Shown here one piece after another: positions 57,101-64,000 of a stretch of 64,000 nt of DNA. The translations under genes were made by a program, and so were the position numbers. The stretch comes from Amoebophrya sp. A120 (Eukaryota > Protista > Dinoflagellata), in NCBI GenBank assembly GCA_905178155.1, contig CAJINV010000002.1, positions 5,761,709-5,825,708 on the forward strand, written 5' to 3'. Each line of letters begins with the position of its first letter. Position 1 is the first letter of the stretch. The notes beneath the pieces are model-generated. The model did no database searches. It was not told the origin of the DNA and worked only from the letters and a program-made list of their open reading frames with translations.

Positions 57101-58139
57101 CACACGACATCAGGTCGAGCTGTTTGCGCAGAGCAGCGAGGGCGCGGCGTTTACGACTACCACCAAGATCATCGGACTGAAACGCGACGAGGACGGGACA
57201 CAGACGGAGATTTTCTCCTTCGACAACATACAAACCGTGACGCCCGACGGCATCTCGATTTACCTCGACACGAAACCCCATGAACTGGTGAACACCCTGA
57301 AGCTGATCAAAAAGTGCTCCGACCGGCAACCCTGTTTCGAGCTGTGCGGGCTGCGGGTGGCGGTTGAGAGGGCCTGGCGCATGTGGCCCGGGGATCCGGG
57401 AATGTTGGATCGATGAGTTTTTTTCTTTGCGATTTTTTCCCTTTTGAAACCTGATGCATAAGAAAGTGGGCATGACCCAACAGAAGCCGTCTGTTGAGTA
57501 AGTACCTCAGTATAGGACAGCTTCGTCGAAAATGCACGAAACAGACAAATGAGGAAACGGAACATACACATCTAACGATAAATATAGCGAAACGAATAGA
57601 GCTACATCTAAAGAAAATTTCGAAGAAAACATCGGCGTGAACGTCATACGAAATCAAAATGAATTTGTACCATAAGGGCAATCTCCTCGGTTTCATTTTT
57701 TTCAAGACATGAATGGGGATTGCAGACTTGAACAGATTCTTTCAAGAAGAAACTCCGATAAGCATGAACATGACAAAAGAAGAAAAAAAAAAGTAGCGGC
57801 GATCATGTGTCGAAAAGCACAACCATCGACGATTTTCTCTCGCATGATTGTGCACATATGTAGATACCGGGTTCTATTATGGATATTCGGCGTCACATTG
57901 AATTCGGCGTCCTTCCAGCACCCGCCGGGCTGGACAGGAAGAAATCCCAGCAAAAGAAAAGGCAAGGCTCCAAGCCTAGGCGGTGGCAACTGGCGGCGCA
58001 GGGCATAACTCCGTGTTTTCCTGTGGCCCCCGGTGGCGTCGGTATACCTCTCCTTCCGCTCCGGCGTTTTGAGAGTCAGCAAGACCTCTGGTTGCGCTGT
58101 GGTTCTTGGATCCGGTTTGACGTCAGGCTGAGCACATGA
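54135..58139 (+). CDS. Cys-rich, probably secreted protein with a C-type-lectin/Link-like motif
   Basis: Exon 54960-55182 reads LTQAEAMQICSNAGARLCDFEELRADKTAGTGCQFDDHNIWSNTEC; upstream AAVRCC; GT-AG introns plus 2 introners. Both ends uncertain. Confidence 0.55.
55183..55372. mobile_element. Decayed introner (190 bp)
   Basis: TIRs TATGGATGAGATGAAAAGT and ACTTTTCTCATCGATA; TSD decayed (GAGGG/CAAGA); removing 195 nt keeps the frame open (IEG-IRLSDP). Confidence 0.7.
55593..56832. mobile_element. Family B introner (308 bp core) carrying a 0.9 kb nested insertion, TSD GAAAA
   Basis: Family B TIRs; GAAAA on both sides; removing 1245 nt keeps the frame. Confidence 0.92.
55822..56734. mobile_element. 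Nested 913-bp insertion with a 19-bp TSD, putative retroelement fragment
   Basis: TGCCATGCACCGACTACAA at 55803-55821 and 56735-56753. Removing the insert plus one copy leaves 308 bp, the family B length. Confidence 0.85.
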
Positions 58140-59079
58140 GGAGGGTTGTTCAGCACTGGCGGCTCTTTGGAGGTTGATCTGCTCACACGGATGAGGAGGT
58201 AGTGTGATGCTTATCTGAAGCGCAGCAGCAGTGAGTTTTCGGACTCACTCATACTGTGCGACTCCCTACGCTTGGTCGTTCACCGCTAAAACGGGTGGTG
58301 TTTGGTCTTGTTGTAGTGCCTAAGCTCTCAAGAGTTATTCGCAAAGGACTTGCTCTCAGGATTCTTTAGCTGTATATGTCAGACAGTTACTCGCAGGCCA
58401 TAAGAGGCGAGCAAAGGGTTGAATTTGAAATCAAAATCTGATTATCATATCGGATTTGATCGTGAATCTGAATGGGTGTCCCACTAAATGTGTGGCGCTA
58501 GCTAACAACATCCAAAATGCAATAATTCCAACATATTTTCTCATGATCTGATCATTTCCGTGGTAGGATATTTCTTTCTTTCTTTTCGTGTCTGGGTATG
58601 GTATCAAAAGGCATGATATTTGATGTTCTTATTTTTGAAATGAAAAATTTGATTGAAAAATATTTCGGATCCATAGTAATTCATCGATATGTTTTTTGGA
58701 AAATAAAACATTTCTAGGTTATATTTCATCAGAAAAGAAATTTCGTCGAAATTTCGAATCTAAAGTTTTGCAATTTGGGATCTTCGATGATCGATATACA
58801 TTTTTTTCGATTTTTCTTGTCATGAGATTCATGGAAAAATTTGAGATTCTCTTTGATGATTTTCGGATATCAATTTATTCTTCCTGATTTATGAGGATCA
58901 TTAGATGTCGAAATTTTTTTTAAAAAAACATCGAGAAATTTATATAGATTTTTTTTTTAAAAATATCAAGAAATTTTTCAATCATTCAAAAGATGAATAT
59001 CAGGTTTCATGTTTTTCAGAGAAAAACGAAAATTTCAGAGATCATTTTGCGATTTCGAAACAGAATAAAAATCATGTTG

Positions 59080-59151
59080 ATCGATATGATAATGATTGAG
59101 ACACCAAAAAACTATATCGATATGATAATGATTGAGACACCAAAAAACTAT
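59080..59151. repeat. Tandem duplication, 2 x 36 bp, in an AT-rich tract
   Basis: ATCGATATGATAATGATTGAGACACCAAAAAACTAT occurs twice. Confidence 0.9.
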
Positions 59152-59614
59152 CAAAAAATTTCTGCAGATATTCAATAATTTTTTTCTATACCGATTCTTT
59201 CCTCACCATGAATATTTTCAAAAAAAATATTAATACCCCGACATCGATCAATCCAGATCCTAGATTCCAATTGATATCATCTTGAATTCCTATATTTGAA
59301 TTGAGAGAAAAAGATTTGATGATGGGAACAGAGATAGACAGACAATCATGGACCAGACCAAAGATAAATTATGAAACAGGACAAATTTGAATCATCCCCA
59401 GACATGACCAGGAAGAAAAAAATTGGTTGTTGCTGCGTGATTTTTTGTTTTGGTATGGTGATCATCATCAAGAAGTTTTCAATTTGGTATTTTTTTGTCT
59501 TTATTCTCAGCAATTCATGCAGTATTCTTCTGCAACCACCACTATGCATGTTGCACATCAATTTCAATAGAATAAATAAGTATTCACATGCTGCATTTCC
59601 TTTTCCATCCAATA

Positions 59615-62600
59615 TCATTCCAAAACCAACCCCCACCCGTCGTGTTCTTCTTCGATAGTCCCTTGAATTCGCCACAGTGAGTCGTAGTGCAAGTGGTTGT
59701 GCCATTTCCCCAACAATCGAACTCGCGAAAATCTTCTCGCGGTCGTATCGTAGAACAGCTTCACGATGAGACTCATCGGCCGATAGGATTCCCATTCCGG
59801 CCGCGTGGTGTCTGTTGTCTTTACCACACAAGTATACCCGACGATGAACTCAATGACCACCTCGCGCTCGATGTACTTGTCAATCTCCGCAGAAGGATCT
59901 CGGATTTCTTCTGTTCTTCTTGTGTCGTTCTGCATTTCAATTTCTTGCGCTTGCCTGTGCAAGAACAACTCATGATCTTCGCTCTGCCTAGCAGAAGCTT
60001 GTTGCCCCCGCTGCTCTTCATCTTCTTCCTCCTCATTTTTCGATACATTCAAAATCGAGCGTCCGTAGTCGAGTTTCTCCCGATACACCCTCCGGAGATA
60101 GAAATCCTGCGCCCCCCGGATAAAGATCCGCTCAACTTTTGTCGCGAAAAAACTCGGCTCGTTGGTCGCTACTAATCGGGTTCCTTTTCTTCTGCCGGAA
60201 CTCTCGAAGTTCTCATGCCACGCCGCTCTGGTCGGACGCTTATCCACCGGCGCGCTGCGTGGAACTTCTTCTCGCGGCGCGATATCCGCCTTTGTAAAGC
60301 CCAATCCATTTATCGGTAACGAAACGGGAAGAATCTCGTCCTCCTCGAAATTCGTCGCCCTGTCATAAATTTCGTTGAAGACGGCGAGGTAGTCCAGCTG
60401 TTCCATCACATGCGAGACCAGCGGATGTGCGTAGGCTTCCATATCGAGATTTTGATACCTCCAAACCCCGGCGCTGGTACTACCAAATATAGCCGCCGGG
60501 GCGGGGGTAGTGAGGTCGTGGGCGTTTTTTTGCCGACCGCCGCCTTGGCCGCGCCTTTGTTTTTTCTGGGCTCGCCATACCGCCGTGAGTAACGTTATGC
60601 CGCACGGTATGGCGGCCACTTGGGAAACATCACAAATTTTGGCACATTTCCCAAATTCCTTCCCGAAAGCCAGCCCCGATGCTATGGGGCCGATCCGGGT
60701 GCCACGGGGGGCGCCCAAAAAGCGAAGAAAAACCGGGCCCATAGCATGCGGATTGGCTTTGCGCGTCTGGGGCGTTTTTTATTTTTCGCGTTTTTATTTT
60801 TCACGCCGGCGCTTTTTGCAAAGCTTCCCAGGCTCTAAAACCGGCGAAAAGGCGGCCGCTTTCGCGGCCGCCCAAGATGCTCCGAAATCGCGGCCGTGCC
60901 ATGCTGTTTCGCTGTTCTGATTTTGGGCGCGTTTTTTGCGCGCCCCTTTTTGGGCGCCCCAAATCGCCAGAAACCAAGGCGGCGGGCGCCTCGGAACGGC
61001 GCCCCTTTTGCCGGCTTCCCTGCGTCGTTTTATCCAGTGCGAATCGATAGTTTTCGACCGGGCTTGTTTGACTTCAAAGCCCCGGAGGCTTGATAATTGA
61101 AAATCTTTTATGTCAAAAAACGCTTCCGGCCGCTTGAAAACTGCCGGTCGTTTTTCACGGTAGGTGGCAAAAAAACTCCCCGGTTAGAACCGTTCGGTGA
61201 CCTCACTACATACTATCGGGGTACGGACTGCTCAAAACTTCCTGGACCTTTGCGTCCCAGTCTGTCTTCAGGCGGTCATGCAGAACCTCGTTTTGAAACT
61301 TTTCCAGCGCCTCGATAAACGGAAGGACTCGGTTCGCGGTCGGGTACCGGACTTTTTGGAGGCGGAGGAGGTGCGTGGCGGGCCTCTTTTCCCGCACACC
61401 AGACGGAGTTACAGTGACGCCTTCTACTAGCATGTCTACGTACTGCTGCTGCGGGTGACACAGTAGAGCATAACTGCGCAGATGAGGTTGAAGATGAGGG
61501 CCTATTGTTTCTCTCAGAGCAATTTCTCAGAAGGTATTTTTGATCTTCTTCGGCTACAGTAGCGACATTTACCGGCACCAGTAACTGATCCAATACTTCC
61601 TCGGCTAGCAATACAGATACACCCGGACGACGAGCAAGGGGCCCCCCGCGGGAAATAAGCAGCTCCGGAGCAGCGCCATAATTCGACGGGCCGGTGGGAC
61701 GAGTTCTTTCTTGGACATCATTATACTCCTCCTTGCTACAAGTACTACTTCTCCTGAAGAACCTCGTGTTGGGCGAAAGCTTCTTCGGCGGAGGAGGTTC
61801 TTGTGTTAGTACACCAGGTGACTCAACATCTTCCGATGTGGAGATGAACCTCGCAGCACGAGTGGCGTCGTGATTTGTTACCTTTGTTGTGCTGCAGCTC
61901 CGCCGTGGGGGTGAGGGAAAGGTAAGCAGGTGCCAGTTGTAACCGCCGTCTCTTGATGTAGTTTGTCGCATGCCGAAAGTTGTTGTAGCGTGGTCCGAAG
62001 ATGCTGTAGTCCCCAACAACCCAGTCACGGCGTCGTGCACCTTATAAAGCGGCCAATCGTTGGAATTCTTAACAAATTCGCTTGTTCCAGTGCCTCTTTG
62101 TCTGTCCTCCCAGTCGTCCGCCCCACCGATCACGAGGTGCGATTTGGGGAAAAGATTTTGCACAACCAAACTTTTATTTCTACCCTCTTGGTCGTTGTAA
62201 ACGATCTTGTCGCCCGCCGCATTGAAGATTTCCACTAGGACCCACGTGGTATCTTCTGGTTGTATTTTTTCCTTTGATTTATTCTCAGTCTTATTTTCTG
62301 CCAGCTGGAAGCGATCTGGATCTACTTCACGTTCACGCACAAATTCATTGTCCCGGATAGAAGCAGTTCCACGTGGATTGCCAAATTCTTGTGACGCAAT
62401 TTCATCTTCTCTGCAATTATCATGACGACGACGGTGGGTCGTGTCCGGACTTCTGTCCTCCGCCTCTTCATCTCTGCTACGCTTTGGCGGTAGAAGTATG
62501 TTTCGAGATGAAGGTGTTAATGCTGGTGAACAAGCAAGGTCGCTACTTGTATTGTCGTGGTCTGTGATCATGTTTAATATGTCGCATAAAAAAGTTTCAT

Positions 62601-62922
62601 CTTCTTCACCTTGTCCAGGCACCGGGGACGATGGCACTGCGGGCGGTTTCGAGGAGACAACGTCATTTTGTGTAGTTTCCTCCTGTGCAGGAACTCCGCC
62701 TCCTTCTTGAACGTGACTCGCGTCCTCCTGTCGATCCGGAAAAAGCGGGAACCAGGACGACGAACTGGAGCTGAAAATACTGCGGGAAACCAGGTTTAGA
62801 GCGTACCCAGTCTTGAGTGAAGACAGCGTGGCACTGCAGGTGAAGAGAAGTTTCACAAGTTTCACAGCGCACCGCAAAAGGACACCAGGGGCAGGGAGGT
62901 GCCGTGGCGGAGAAAGGCGCAT
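59615..62922 (-). CDS. Hypothetical protein with an apparent frameshift near 61525 and a GC-rich intron at 60502-61216
   Basis: ORFs 61276-62922, 61206-61433 and 59615-60742; the last two join in frame as SPYP-APAAIFG. Confidence 0.5.
60507..61216. mobile_element. GC-rich 710-bp inverted-repeat element, putative introner of a different class, direct repeat CGGGG
   Basis: GTAGTGAGGTC (60507-60517) and GACCTCACTAC (61199-61209); CGGGG at 60502-60506 and 61217-61221; removing 715 nt fuses two ORFs. Confidence 0.65.
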
Positions 62923-63502
62923 TTTATCTTTCTGGTGATCAGCAGGTACAATGAGTTTATGTAGACTGCAATGACAATGTCCAAAAAGTCAACCGACGAG
63001 CAGACAAGGAAAACCGATGAAATGATGCAAGCCAAAATGAAAATCGAAATCCATCAAGACTGCATCAATTGTCTTTACCGACGCACGTGCGGCTTGCGTC
63101 GCAGGTGAGGAAGAAATCTCTCGTCGATGAAAGGCCTGACAGACCTCCGGACCGACTCGCACAGAAAAGCGTTGTGGAGTTGAAATACGAAAAAACAACA
63201 CACAGCGATTCTTTCAGTGGCCGAGTGATGTCTCGCAAGAGCAGAAGGCGCACAGATTGGAAAATTGAATGTCAAGGAGCCATTTAGAATCTGGCCAAAA
63301 AATCTGTGATGACATTGTTCATATGTGTCCACCAAAATTCAAATTATTGGCGTCAATCAGATCATTTTTGTTGAAACGGGCACGATAAGTGCAAAAAGAG
63401 TTCACGACCAAAAATATTCTTGGAGAAACAACACCGTGACAACGACCGTCCGGTTCCACAGGAAATAGCAGACTGCAACAGAATCAAAAAGACCGCATCT
63501 TC

Positions 63503-63560
63503 GGTCCGCTGCCATCAAGAGACTTTCAGAAGCAAAAAGGTCCGCTGCCATCAAGAGACT
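63503..63560. repeat. Direct repeat GGTCCGCTGCCATCAAGAGACT, 2 copies, 36-bp period
   Basis: Copies start at about 63503 and 63539. Confidence 0.85.
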
Positions 63561-63713
63561 TGTTTCAGAAGCACGGAAACACCGCACCGCACTCATCGGC
63601 CAACACAGCGCGCTCCAACGCGGTCAAGCCGGAAAAGTCAACTCTCTTCGCGCACGGCCCCGCGTACCCAACGGGGGACAGACACTCGGTGCCAATCGCG
63701 CCCCACCCCTGCG

Positions 63714-63988
63714 TATCAAATGTAAAAATGTCTGGGTCTGGAAGGTTGCAACTTGTGATGCTGTCTTTGGAAGGTAAAAAAAATCTGTGTTGCATGACCA
63801 GCAAGACCAAGAGGAGTTCAGTTTGTGCTACGCGGAGTGCGCGTTTCTCATGCGGAATACGCATCAGATTCAGAAGGCCGTTTAAAAATCTGTGATGCTC
63901 GGCAAGGCATTACAGGCATCATGGGTTATGCAAAATATGCATGACAAACTTGGCAATCTTCCAGACCCAGACATTTTTACACTTGATA
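63714..63988. mobile_element. Family D introner (275 bp), TSD CTGCG
   Basis: Near-perfect family D TIRs; exact TSD; the host frame cannot be checked at the window edge. Confidence 0.93.
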
Positions 63989-64000
63989 CTGCGGACAGCC

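Noticed and set aside
3511-63960. Recurring peptides across ORFs (KIPPPH, WGGGIF, KCLGLE, MSGSGR, PDPDIF, SGLKSSKLK)
   Set aside because: These are translations of introner TIRs, not a protein family.
1-64000. Autonomous transposase, reverse transcriptase, tRNA or rRNA genes
   Set aside because: I recognised none of these by eye; profile searches could still find divergent ones.

Overview
Eukaryotic, gene-dense, intron-rich window. Gene content (DRC10/IQCD, a cyclic-nucleotide-binding ion channel, U-box, RanBP2 zinc-finger and PAN/apple membrane proteins) and intron style point to an alveolate, most likely the parasitic dinoflagellate Amoebophrya (inference). The dominant feature is 27 MITE-like elements from about 8 sequence families, typically 140-325 bp. 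They share TAT...ATA terminal inverted repeats and a 5-bp target-site duplication (17 exact, 7 with one mismatch, 3 decayed). Twenty-six interrupt a recognisable reading frame, and removing the element plus one TSD copy restores that frame. They occur in both orientations and only one of the 24 clear cases can be read as GT-AG, so they behave as non-canonical introner introns. Two family-B introners each carry an unrelated 0.9 or 2.7 kb insertion with a 16-19 bp TSD. The two insertions share a 26-nt terminal motif and both abut the introner motif TG(T/C)CATGCA, which suggests a site-specific retroelement that targets introners. All coordinates and frame checks were done by hand; no database searches were run.
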